DNA from: Octopus bimaculoides
Lineage: Eukaryota
NCBI RefSeq assembly: GCF_001194135.2
Contig: NC_068983.1
Coordinates: 155,321,852-155,385,851 of the forward strand
Direction of reading: 5' to 3'
Length of the DNA stretch: 64,000 nucleotides
Shown here: positions 52,065-64,000 of the stretch, piece after piece
How positions within the stretch are numbered: the first letter of the stretch is position 1
Layout of the letters: the number at the start of each line of letters is the position of its first letter
Translations under genes and position numbers: made by a program
Notes under the pieces: model-generated
What the model was told of the DNA's origin: nothing
Database searches by the model: none
What the model saw: the letters and a program-made list of their open reading frames with translations, nothing else

Positions 52065-52144
52065 CTGCTCTACTCAGGCGAAGAGTTCCCTAAAATGGCA
52101 CTGCCTGCTCTACTCAGGCAAAGAGTCCCCTAAAATGGCACTGC
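52065..52144. repeat. 40-bp tandem duplication
   Basis: ctgctctactcaggc(g/a)aagagt(t/c)ccctaaaatggcactgc occurs twice. Confidence 0.9.
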
Positions 52145-53914
52145 TTTAGTCATCATAAAGAATAAAATTCTCACTGCATCTTTAAATAGCCCTGCAATGT
52201 CTGCATGGAGTAAAATATGTTTTGTGTCTATTTTGCCTTTCCTTCATGTGCTAATCTACCGAGATTGCTGCAATGAAAAGAAAAAAAAAACAGCCATGTC
52301 CTACATATTTGAGTCCTTGAACAGCTGTAAGAAATAAGTAATATTTCTTCAATAAGCACAAGTTAGTCTATTAATTCCGAACCTCAAACATTGCCATTAT
52401 CTATCCAAATGTATTTCGAGTACATGTTTAATCGGCTTTTTGCCAAAATGCCCATGGTTGACATTTAATGCTATAACGCATAAAATGAAGCAAAATAATT
52501 TTTTTTTTATTTCCATTCCTGCAAAAACAAAAAATTTAGGTGGAGTAGTGTAGTCAACAGAATCTTATTCGACCAGGAAATTACATTATGGAACTAGGAA
52601 AGATGAAACGCTACATCGAACTGGGTGAGATTTGAAATTAAGAACATAAATGGACTTAATAGATACCACAAAGTACTTCGTACAGCAATGTACAATATCT
52701 GCACTTTCAATAGCTGTAACGGATGTAAATAATGCGGCCTGCAGTTTCTTTTCTCTTTCTCATTACTACTTATATAGTTGTTATTTTTAGCAAGTCAAGA
52801 GTCGTTATTATATTTTGTCTCTCTGGGACGACCCTGAAAGTTTTGAAATCAGAACACTATGAGGAGATAGATGAATACAAAAATGCATTTAGTCGAACAC
52901 ACTCTCATCATTGTTACGCCCAGCCTGATGTAGACGTTACCATCAGTCTTAAATGAAGTGATATAGAGAAAATATTCAAACGTTTATATCTTCTCTGCAT
53001 TTGAAACCAATATAAACGTTTGAATTTGAATTCAGTACTTGCTGTCTGCATCTTTAACCTTTTTCAGTGCATGGTTCGATTTACAAGAAAGATGTTACTT
53101 AAAACAAATGCATCGCTCAACTTGGCAGTGAAGGCGTCGTTTCCGTTATGAGGAGGTTGGTTGTTGGAGACAGTGCGCAAATAGCTGGAACAAATACCGC
53201 AAGGTATCACATTGGACTCTTTAACAATTCTGCCAATCTAATGCTATATATGCTGGCACATTGTCTACCGACCCAGAAAACACGAAGGAAAATGTTGAGC
53301 TCTGTAGGATTTGAACACAAACTGCAGAGACCAGAATATATAATGCGAGGCATTGTGTCGGACGCTCAAACGAGTCTTGTCTATCGACCGCCTAAATTAA
53401 CATGCAGTACATTACTGAGAATTATTTTACTGAATCTGGAATGATAAACGGAAGAGTCGATTTTCAAATGATTTGAACATGACACTAAACTCTGCTAGCT
53501 ATTTATTTCGACGCTGTAAATAATATATTTTAAGAAGAAAACTGAAACGAAACAGCAGCAATACGACAGAAAATTGCATGCAATTTTCTTTTACAAAATT
53601 ATCTCTGTCAGAACCGAAATTAGGTAGCAAAAATTACTATTGCTGTTAACATGAAACATTTTGCAAGTCAGAGTAGACCAATGATTTTATATATTAAAAG
53701 GTTATATGAAAATATGAAAGATGTAAATATCTATAATGGAATTTTAGCCGAAGGAAATTATCATGAAAGTTAATGCCATTTTCACCAGTTAATCCCAATA
53801 CCAATCTGAAAATTACGAACAGACTATAAAATTCCTTATACAGCTGACCTTCCAGTTTTATATGACATCTGTGGATTGTTCAAGAAATTCAGTAATTTCT
53901 CTTACTCCACTTTG

Positions 53915-53951
<37 letters not shown>

Positions 53952-54164
53952 TCTCCCCACAAAATATTTCAATATGAATAAAAATAATGCTATATTAGTT
54001 GAGATACACTTGTAATTGAATTGCTCTATATGTGTTTAGCAATTTAGAACTTTCTAAACTTTGTTACTGATTAAACTATAAATATTTTTTTTATTTGTTA
54101 AGTGGAATACGATAGAGTTTAGCGTTTTAGCCTCATTTTATCACTGGTATATATCTTAATTCAT

Positions 54165-54368
54165 CGGTGATGTATTGGCAGAATGGTTAGAGCAACGGGA
54201 AAATGCCTGACGTTGTTTGTTCTACGTTCAAATCCTACCAAGTTAAACTTTGCCTTTTATCCTTCCTGGGTCGATAAAGTAAAGTACCCGTTAAGAACTG
54301 GGTCGATATAATGGATTAACTACCCCACTCCATAAAAATTGCTGGCCGTATGCCTAACTTAGAAACCA
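54165..54368 (+). mobile_element. SINE family B (old)
   Basis: ttggcagaatggttagagc...tctacgttcaaatcc...gtcgataaagtaaagtacc. Confidence 0.7.
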
Positions 54369-54876
54369 TTCTACTGACCCTTTAAGGAGGGAAACAAAAT
54401 TAGCCTTCAGTTACTGACTGACGACACTTGGGCTCAGAAAATTCAGGCACCAATTTTATAATTTTATTTCAAGTCCAACAAACCTCTCTGACCTAAATAC
54501 CTTATATTCAACTCTGCGCCTTAGTTGAATATACATTCATGTTGTCACAGAAGGCTTTACCCTACTCAGTCCCTGTCGTTACAAATTCAAACACATCCAA
54601 ACACCTAGTGTGTAAAAAGGGTTATAGTTCAAGGTGTGTCTTCGTAAATCACATCTGCATGTTCCAGTAATTGAATGCATGCACACAGATGTTTTATTTT
54701 AAATTAGACATGTCAGTTGAAATTTCTGGTGAATTATATTTGAAGAGTATAATTTTTTAATCATTGTTTGAGAAATTACGTGTAGAAGATCCTCCGCTCA
54801 CACGCATACATACCTATTATGAACTTATTATATTTATAATAATATTATCATTAATATTTATATTCATTATGTAAAG

Positions 54877-55203
54877 GCTCATGGCTCAGTGGTTGCAGTG
54901 TTGGGCTCACAATCACGAAGTAGTGAGTTCGATTCCTGACCCAGGCTGTGTGTTGTGTTCTTGAGCAAGACACTTTATTTCACCTTGCTCCAGTTCACTC
55001 AGCTGTAGAAATGAGTTTCAACGTCACTGGTGCCAAGCTGTATCAGCCTTTGCCTTTCCCTTGGATAACATTGGTGGCATGGAGAGGAGAGGCTGGTATG
55101 CATGGGTGCTGCTGGTCTTCCATAAACAACTTTGCCTCGACATGTTCCTCGAAGGGTAACTTTGTAGGTGCAATCCCATAGTCATTCATAACCGAAGGGT
55201 GTC
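54877..55203 (+). mobile_element. tRNA-derived SINE family E with a conserved-core-like central domain
   Basis: A box ggctcagtggtt and B box gagttcgattcc, followed by gtgttcttgagcaagacacttt...cactcagctgtagaaatgag, resembling the conserved central domains of CORE/V/Meta-type SINEs. Confidence 0.75.
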
Positions 55204-56112
55204 GTTACCCTGTTCATTATGTATTTCTTGTACTATAAAAAAACACGTGTAACATGAAATTAAAAATATAGCACATTTTCCAATCTTTGATTTTATACAA
55301 ATATCCAGTAATACACTACAGTATTATCCCACTCGGTTTAAACAAACGCAGAAAGTACTTCTGCATAAAATATAGCTGCAACATCAATAGCACCCTCTCT
55401 TAAAAAAAGAATACTTTGGAGATGTTTGTCTATGCTAGAAAAAGTTTGAGGTGGTCATGGCTGAAACGCTTTTGATCATATGTATGTCCGGTTGGAGATA
55501 AAATATGGAGTTAAACAACAGCAGCAGATTCATTAACACCATTATATATTGTATTGGGATACGTACTGTCAGGGTAAATGGAAAAGAAAATCATTTGCTG
55601 CGCTTCATTTGAGATGACTTTGTCTCCATTTTCTCTGTGAAAACTCCTCAAATTGATAGAATGAGGAATGAAGCATACGCCTCGTATATAAACTGTCTCA
55701 CCAACTTCATCCCACACGATAAACGACTGTATGCCAGTGTGCGTGCAGTGATTCGCAACCACATAGAGACAGTGTATCAAAAGCAATAAATCTATCGTTG
55801 ACAACCAATTGCTTATTTGCCTTCTGTGTTATCTAGTAAGACGGTGTTGCAGTTATGTAATGATAATAGCAACCAATTTAGAGATAGGTGGAATCATTCG
55901 CTGGAATATTAAGTGGTAGGCTTTGAGCACAACATCGGTGGTGGGACGTGAACTAGGACCTTTTTGATCTTCAGTTTGTTACTTGATCGATATGACCAAT
56001 CAGGTTTCAATTGTAACATCATGCTTTCTATTCACCTCTATGCTATAGTTGAAATACTGATTTCAAATGGTTAACATATTCATTCTCATTACACTTACCT
56101 ACAGTACATAAC

Positions 56113-56915
56113 TGGGACTTTACACTTACACTTAGAGGATACAAAAAAGGGACAACAAAATATCCAGACAGACGATACAAAAATCAAGGACGGGTCATTA
56201 GGAGTTTTCTTTCTTCAGTCGGGTTCCAGATTATCTCTGAATTGACCGGTGTTCATTCAAGCCTGATCTTTCTTTCTTTGTTCGACTATCATCCGTGCAA
56301 CATCTATATTCCTCCCTATGCCTGTCATCTCTTATGTCCCTGCCGTAAGACTNNNNNNNNNNTTGAGGATACAAAAAAGGGACAACAAAATATCCAGACA
56401 GACGATACAAAAATCAAGGACGGGTCATTAGGAGTTTTCTTTCTTCAGTCGGGTTCCAGATTATCTCTGAATTGACCGGTGTTCATTCAAGCCTGATCTT
56501 TCTTTCTTTGTTCGACTATCATCCGTGCAACATCTATATTCCTCCCTATGCCTGTCATCTCTTATGTCCCTGCCGTAAGACTTCACTTCCATACACGCCA
56601 CCTTAATTTAATTCGTCCTAAGTCGAAAGACACCTGTTGTTAATGTCCTTTATTTGCATTTGTATTTGTGTGCCATTTCTCCGTCCTTGTTTTCGTATAC
56701 ATTCGCTGCTTTCTTCCAAGGAATCTAGTACTCTTAGCTTAGTATTTCTTTGAGGTTGGCCAGATTGGAGCAATCTCGAGTATAACCAGCCGAAATTGCA
56801 GAGATAATCTGGAACCCGACTGAAGAAAGAAAACTCCTAATGACCCGTCCTTGATTTTTGTATCGTCTGTCTGGATATTTTGTTGTCCCTTCTTCTGTAT
56901 CATCTAACTGTCCCA
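56113..56915. mobile_element. Repeat with ~110-bp inverted ends; left part duplicated across a 10-N gap
   Basis: gggacaacaaaatatccagacagacgatacaaaaatcaaggacgggtcattaggag...ccagattatctctg (56135-56243) is reverse-complementary to 56794-56905. 56134-56352 equals 56363-56580. Confidence 0.75.
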
Positions 56916-58192
56916 TTCTTATCCCATTTTTGGTATTTCTTTATATATATATATATATATATATCGATCTGATCGACTAACATTCTTCAAATTGTTACTC
57001 CAGCATGGCCGCAGTCTAATGACAGAAATGTATAAAGGATAAAAGGTAAAACATATGTATGTATGTGTGTAGGTATGCATACATATATGCATGTATGTAT
57101 GTATGTATGTATGTATGTATGTGTATGTATGTATGTATGTTTGTATGTGAGTATGTGTGTAATTATACACTCACAGACACACACCTATAAATATACATAT
57201 ACATTATAATTATACTTATAGTATACGAATACTATTTTCACTGAGTACCCATGTTTTTCCTGAATATTGCATTGCTCTTCCACTAGCACGGCTTAACGTT
57301 GAAATACAACGCTTTTGTCCACGTCAGCACTTGTGCCCCTCGGACGGTGCTCAATCAATTTATTACCCTTAATTAGAAAAAATATATACCGCATAATATA
57401 CTTTCTACATATGTAAGTATAAATAATGCCTTAAGTACAAGATTAATATATGTTTAAAAAGGGAAACAAAAGTGAATTGTGACGTTCATACATTAGCAAA
57501 ATATCAATAGAAATTGTGGTTAGGGAATTAATAAGAAACTTCTACAGCCTCCAACGAAATATAGGTCGAAGATTAGACTCTTAGAGTCGCCGAACTTATC
57601 TTTATTCCAAAGGGGATTCAGTAAACACACACACGCACACAACAGCATACATGTATACACTTTTATCTTTAATATATATACGTGTGTATATGTCTGCGTA
57701 GAAGCATACTAACGGACATCACGTCAATAATTTCTCCTCTGTTTCATTAAGCAAGCATTACCATGAAAATCAATAGACCAGTTTTGTTTTAATAAGAAGC
57801 ACTCTAAGTAAGTGAACAAATTCACAGACCAATAAACATACCAAAAACAAAAATAATAATAACAATAAAAAAGTAGAAGACCGAATCGTCAGAATTTCTT
57901 TCAAAACATAAAACATAAGAAAATACATCATGATCACACACACACACACACACACACGTACGTTTATGCATTCACATATACATACATTTATGCATTCATT
58001 CTCACGCACATACACGCACGTACAAATACACTAGTAGTTGCAGCTTTTCAAAGACTAGACGGTCATTTATACGAATAAGTATAATATCTTGATATTTGCA
58101 GCCAAGCAAACTGATAAGAGTGAATGAAAGAGAGAAAGAGTGCGGTGAGAGAGAATAGATATCGTGAAAGAGAGAGAGAGAGNNNNNNNNNN

Positions 58193-58248
<56 letters not shown>

Positions 58249-59853
58249 GTGTACGAATGGCTACATTTTTGGAGAGATAGTGAATAGCTAGCAGTGAGAT
58301 TAGATGTTCGGATCATTCAAAGGGTGCAACATTATATATGTATGTGATCAGATGACTGAGTTTTTGAAGGAGAGGCTCATGTGGTCAAGAGTAAATAAGT
58401 ATACTTTGCTTGCTATAGGGTACCTATAGGAAGCGGGAGCACTGTAAAATCGTTGAGTATTCCCTCATTTTTGTGTTGTATTTTCTTTGAAATCACTTGA
58501 GAAACTGTTCCAGTGTATTCATATTTGGATTCTCTACGCAGTCTTACCGAAATTCTGATACAATTTCGAGGTTAATTTCTACCACTGAATGATGGCATTT
58601 CTTAAAACTAATAGGGAACATGGGCCAGCAAGGGAGACTTTACTTTACCATTCAGTCTACTAGAAAAGAACATTTTTCCTTTCAGCGAAGATATGTTCAA
58701 TCTGAGTCGACGAAGCTAAGTAACAACAGTTGATAGTTCGTATTTTATCTCTGGCAATGACCTATGCCCTTCGCCATAGAACTTAGACTTTCAAAACTCA
58801 CTGTACATAATTCTACATAAGTGCAGTGTATGTTCTTGTTTACATCCTCGTCAACTATAATCTAGAAAACTTTTAATCAATGATATTCCAGAGTATAACC
58901 ATTCCGTTTTGGTTTTGTTAATCAAGGCCTACAAACTCCAGTAAGTTTTTTAAATTTTGTTTTAAGACGATATGGTATGGTTTGGAAAGATTCCACCTCT
59001 GTTCCTGAAAGGTCGAGCAAGCACTTAGAGGTTTCCTCATTGGTGTTGTGATAGTAGTGGTGGCGGTGTGAGTGACGATGCCATAAAACGAAATAAACTG
59101 GATTCTTTGTTACTTGTTTGTAGTGGTGGAATACTGAGATGATTCCTGTAAGCCTTCAAAGTCTTTGGAGCGACAATGATACCTTCATCTCAATGTTGAC
59201 CATCTCGGGGAAATAAACCTGGTGTCGTTTCTTTTTCCTCGAACCTTTCTAATGAATGTTGCAAATCTGAAGCCGGATTTATCACTCGGTGCTAGTAACC
59301 AACCAAAAATAAAAACAAAAACCCTATCAGTTTTATAATGCTAGCATTAATAGAAGTGTCAATAATCAGTGGGTTCTATTTGCATCATAGCTGTCTGAGG
59401 CTTTTGAGGCAATTATCCTGACCAACACCATAATACGAAGCCCTTATACATGCATACATACATACATATAGGCATGATAATACGTATATAAAACATACAA
59501 ATCTGCAATACATACATACATACATTCAAAAATACCCTATTGTTGATGTTGAAATTCCAATAAAGGAGCCTTCGATCTAGGTTAGAAACCGGTTCTTTCT
59601 CTATTGGCAAGAAATCTTGAAATAAAACTGATGAATGACTTACATACATAATCACGATGTATGGAACCATAAAACTCTGCATGACCTTCTGATTTAATAA
59701 AGGATATTGGTTGAAACGATTCTTTACTTCACAACCTTGTTATCAAGTAGGTGGATGGTCAAAATTTACTCTAAAATTAAAAAAGTGAAAGAAAAGAACA
59801 TACGTATGTATGTATATATGTATGTATGTATGTACACGCACACACACACACAC

Positions 59854-59896
<43 letters not shown>

Positions 59897-60799
59897 TGGA
59901 TGAACATATGTGCTGGAATGTTGCAAATAATTAATTTGATAGGTTATACTTCGAAGGAAAAGAAGTCGAAGTGGACAGAGAAACGGGTAAAACAGAAGAG
60001 GGTACGGTGAGGTGAAGAAGGATAGAAGTGAGTTGTTGCTGGTGGTGATGATGATAGTGTTGGTTGTGGTAGTAGAAGAGGTAGTGGTTATGGATATGGC
60101 GTTTGTGTTGTTGCTGTTGCTGTTGTTGTTGTTGTTGTTGATGATGATGAAGATGATGATGATGATGATGATGAGAATATTGACCGTTGTCGTTGTCGTC
60201 AAATAAAGTGGAAGACAATTATTATTATTAGAAAGTAAAAAATTATATCGGAAAAGGAAATTACTAAATCTTATCCGTTTAAAATAAATGAAGTAAAAGG
60301 GAATGTGTTTTTATGTGAAGGGCGAGCTTTCTATGCACTCCCTTGACGATCACTTTTAAAGATATGTAGATGAATATCTGAAGGAACAAGAAGAAAATTG
60401 CACAAGTTTTCAGCTTCGGGAGTTAGGAATGATTGGCTTCGTTCTTTGGTGCAGGTTCTAATGTCTGTGACAGAATAGTTTTGACGAGACGACTGTCGTC
60501 GTATTTATCAAGAGGAACAAAACGGTTCCAGAATTAAAAGGCAGGGAAAATAAACAATGCTTTAACATGCCAGCGATTACATTGGCCTGATAGCAGTGGT
60601 TGTCATGGGTTGCTATGTTAATCTCAGAGATTGTTATTTGTATCAATTCATTTATTAATGTCATGGTTTTTGTCAAATAAATAAATAAATAAATAAATAA
60701 AATTTTAAAGACTTGAATAAGCAAATCAAAATGTATTTTACCATTCTTTGCTGCTGGTAATCTCTAAGACTGAGAATTCTGCATATGATCGTGTGAGAC

Positions 60800-60997
60800 T
60801 GTTGTGTCGACGCCCCCAGGCGAAGAAGTAGGATCTCCCAAGACATGTAAATAGAGGTAGTCTGGCCGTGCTAGGAGTGTTGAGTAGCAGTCGAGTATCA
60901 GTTGAGTAGCAGTCGAGTAGCAGTCGAGTAGCAGTTGTATAGCGGTTGAGTAGAGATCATCCAAAGGTGCTAGATAGCAGTAGCTTGAGACATAACA
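60800..60997 (+). mobile_element. Solo LTR (198 bp)
   Basis: TG...CA ends with short inverted termini TGTTGTG / CATAACA. 5-bp TSD GAGAC at 60795-60799 and 60998-61002. TAAATAG TATA-like motif and an internal 11-bp minisatellite. Strand is inferred from the TATA-like motif. Confidence 0.8.
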
Positions 60998-61126
60998 GAG
61001 ACAGACAGGGATCGGAAGGAAGCAGCTCTCTTTAATTGTTTTTTTTATAGCTCCCTTTATTTGTATCTTCAGAATTGTATGCCATATATTCATTATATAT
61101 TTGATGCATATGTTTCACGTCGCTCC

Positions 61127-61340
61127 AGTCCATTCAGCTGGCAAAAGTCAGTTGCATTTGTAATTCCCAAGCACCAGTCTTGTCACATTCTTTCCACGTT
61201 GAATCTCCCTGTGAACTAAGTCACAGGCACGCGTGTCTGCGGTGTGCTCAGCCACTTTGACGTTAATTTCAGGAGCAGGCTGTTCCGTTGATCGGATCAC
61301 TGCAGCCCTCGATGTCGTAACCGACGGAATGCCACCAGTA
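61127..61340 (+). mobile_element. SINE family C-related 3' part (diverged)
   Basis: gagcaggctgttccgttgatcggatca...gtcgtaaccgacggaatgcca. Confidence 0.75.
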
Positions 61341-61472
61341 TAATGTATCTGCTTTTTATTGGTGCTATTTTACCGATGACTAATGTTTCTAGAATCAACA
61401 AGTTGAGAACATTGTCAAACCCTTCTGGTAATCAATTCGGTCCCTACTGAGATATTCTACTCTTCTACATTC

Positions 61473-61905
61473 TTTTCTACTCTAGGCACAAGGCACGAAA
61501 TTTTAGGGGAGAGGGCCAGTCGATTAGATCGACTCCAATACGCAACTGGTACTTAATTTATCGACCCTGAAAGGATGAAAAGCAAAGTCTATCTCGGCGG
61601 AATTTGAACTCAGAACGTAAAGACAGACGAAATACCGCTAAGCATTTCGCCCGGCGTGCTAACGTTTCTTATTTCTTTATTGCCCACAAGGGGCTAAACA
61701 TAGAGGTGACAAACAAGGACAGACAAAGGGGTTAAGTCGATTACATCGACCCCAGTGTGTGACTGGTACTTAATTTATCGACCCCGAAAGGATGAAAGGC
61801 AAAGTCGACCTCAGCGGAATTTGAACTTAGAACTTAACGGCAGACGAAATACCGCTAAACATTTCGACTGGCGTGCTAACGTTTCTGTCAGCTTGTCGCC
61901 TTCAC
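61473..61905 (-). mobile_element. Two tandem SINE family B copies
   Basis: Family B body occurs twice, with the cccacaaggggctaaacatagagg variant tail between them. Confidence 0.88.
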
Positions 61906-61953
61906 TCTCCTGCAATATTCGACAGTAGATTTACTGATCAGTAGTTGGCTTCT

Positions 61954-62332
61954 GTGGAGGCGCAATGGCCCAGTGGTTAGGGCAGAGGACTCGCAGTCAT
62001 AGGATTGCGGTTTCGATTCCCATACCGGGCGTTGTGAGTGTTTATTGAGCGAAAAAACACCTAAAGCTCCACGTGGCACCGGTAGGGGATGGTGGCGAAC
62101 CCTGCTGTACTCTCTCACCACAACTTTCTCTCACTCTTACTTCCTGTTTCTGTTGTGCCTGTAATTCAAAGGGCCAGCTTTGTCACACTGAATATCCCCG
62201 AGAACTACGTTAAGGGTACACGTGTCTGTGGAGTGCTCAGCCACTTGCACGTTAATTTCACGAGCAGGCTGTTCCGTTGATCGGATCAACTGGAACCCTC
62301 GACGTCGTAAGCGACGGAGTGCCAACAACAAC
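61954..62332 (+). mobile_element. tRNA-derived SINE family C, full length with TSD
   Basis: Complete head-to-(CAA)n copy flanked by an 11-bp TSD AGTTGGCTTCT (61943-61953 and 62333-62343). Confidence 0.93.
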
Positions 62333-62526
62333 AGTTGGCTTCTACAACTACATGAAAGTTTGTAGAATTTCTTTTTTTTTTCTGAAGTGGGTTGTTTTTC
62401 CACGATATTAATGCAGGTCACGTGTTTTATATTGCTGTCAAAGTGCTAGTCACACATGAATCTCCAAGAATGAAGATTATGACGGCGTTTTCCCCGGTGT
62501 TATTTCTTCCTCTTTCAGCAGGTCAT

Positions 62527-62748
62527 TTATTTATTTTTGACACTGCATTTTGTGTATCTATTAAATGTGTATCGAGTCTTTGAAAGGAGTTTGGTACGTG
62601 CACCTATATGAACTCTACTTGTTGAGCTGATATGGACTCTCCCGATTGTGCAGTTGATGCACTTGCTTTTGGTATTCTCATTCGTGGCGATATTTTTACT
62701 GTTTGTAGAAATATCTAAATTGTTCTGCACTTGCTGTGGGTACTGCAC
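62527..62748 (-). mobile_element. Possible decayed LINE ORF1 zinc-knuckle remnant (I/Jockey type)
   Basis: KSKCINCTIGRVHISSTSRV resembles the CX2C..H..SR.C knuckle of I-group ORF1. Other knuckles are degenerate. Confidence 0.3.
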
Positions 62749-63712
62749 TATTTTCTACGTTGTTTTTGTTTCAATATATTTTTGTCTTGTTTCAGTTATT
62801 CTTTTATTGTTGGTTCCTTTTTTATGTTATAATTCTTTATTACCTGCGTTAGTTATTTTTATAGTTTGTCTCTTTTTCGTAATATTTATTGCTTTACTCC
62901 AGTGATATTGATGTTCATTTATGTTTACCTTAAGTTTACGATGGCCATCTATGCATTTTTCTATTGATATTACTATTTTATAGTTATTTCATTCTTTGAT
63001 CCATAGGAAAGTCTACCGATCTTAATTTTATTTGTCCCTTTACATCATCGCCATTTTGAAACAGCTTCTATGTTTAGAACTGTCTACAAAAAGGAAAAAA
63101 AGAAAAGAAAAGAAGAAACAAGTCACATACCCTTTTATTCAAATGATCTTTCTCATTTTACTAGTTCGGCCTTTGAAGGACGTATACTAGAGTTTAATTT
63201 TATTTTGTTTTCTTATTTATTTTATCTGTTTTACACGCGCTAAGTCTATTTTAGTGGTTTATGATCCCAATGTTTTTAACGTTAATGTTTTTATTAGCGT
63301 TCTTTGTAATTGTTGTTTCTGTTTTTTTTTCTTACTCGTTTTCTTGCTTGCATTTTCACTGTATAATCCTTATCTTAGGTTTTCTATTTCTATATCTGTT
63401 ATCTATTTGATTTCGAGAAAGTATCTTCTTATATTAGGCAGTCCGTTGGGATTCAAAGTTACTTATAGATCAAGGATTACTTATTCCTTAGATTATTATA
63501 TATTTATATTGAGTCAGTTTCTATTTCGGAAGTAAAGTGTAAAAATATACTTGTTGTAAAGAATCGTATTCTTGTCGAGTCCATCTACATTTATTCAGCC
63601 CTATTTATGGGTCTTGAGAAGTAAAGCTCAGTCTTTTCTTTAGATTATCATTCTTATCGAATACCGTTTTATTTGTTTTCGAAGACACGAAATTCTTCTC
63701 AATCCGTTTTTA

Positions 63713-63741
63713 TTTATTTATTTATTTATTTATTTATTTGT

Positions 63742-63776
<35 letters not shown>

Positions 63777-63793
63777 TTTGTTTATTTATTTAT
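63713..63793. repeat. (TATT)n microsatellite
   Basis: Direct inspection. Confidence 0.95.
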
Positions 63794-63817
63794 TATAATT
63801 ATCTTGAACGTTTTATT

Positions 63818-64000
63818 AAGGCGACGAGCAGACAAAACTATTAGCACTCCGGACATAATGCTTAGCGGCGTTTCGTCCGTCTTTACGTTCTGAGCTCAAA
63901 TTCTGCCGCCGTCGACTTTGCTTTTCATCCTTTCGATATCAAAAAAGTAAGCCTTAGCAAAGTACTGGGGTCGATGTAATCGATTAGCACCTTCTTCCTC
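63818..64000 (+). mobile_element. SINE family B (runs to window end)
   Basis: aaggcgacgagcagac...gttagcactccgg...gtcgactttgcttttcatcc. Confidence 0.85.

Noticed and set aside
55505-55789. 95-codon frame with a single in-frame TGA (possible selenoprotein)
   Set aside because: No recognisable family or SECIS element, and the context is not Cys/Sec-like. A one-stop frame of this length is expected by chance.
60882-60952. CRISPR-like array of short repeats (also the 40-bp repeat at 52065)
   Set aside because: The units are directly adjacent with no unique spacers, the context is eukaryotic, and there are no cas genes.

Overview
Eukaryotic, AT-rich and microsatellite-dense draft-assembly sequence with about 6 kb of N gaps. 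The abundant tRNA-headed SINE families resemble those of octopod cephalopods (Octopus), which is an inference from recognition and not a database match. No intact host protein-coding gene can be supported, and most ORF-track entries are microsatellite or N read-throughs. The window is a transposable-element mosaic. It holds at least five SINE families, a decayed Ty3/gypsy element (35.4-38.9 kb, minus) with an adjacent Tx1/L1-clade 3' fragment, and a 198-bp solo LTR with a 5-bp TSD. It also holds a decayed DD34D mariner, a DD37D-type Tc1/mariner fragment, two copies of a Merlin-like MITE (8-bp TSDs, internal TTAGGG repeats), two R4/Dong-type fragments in (TAA)n tracts, a Penelope GIY-YIG remnant and several long foldbacks. 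The most interesting signal is at 19.95-20.55 kb: a Pol III tRNA-like head joined to a minimal type I hammerhead ribozyme motif and bracketed by an inverted copy of its own tail. This looks like a Penelope-dependent, ribozyme-bearing SINE, and it has itself been invaded by a Dong-like LINE. Two further hammerhead-like relics (8.44 kb, 50.03 kb) and a possible GPCR pseudogene fragment (25.8-26.2 kb) also deserve checking.
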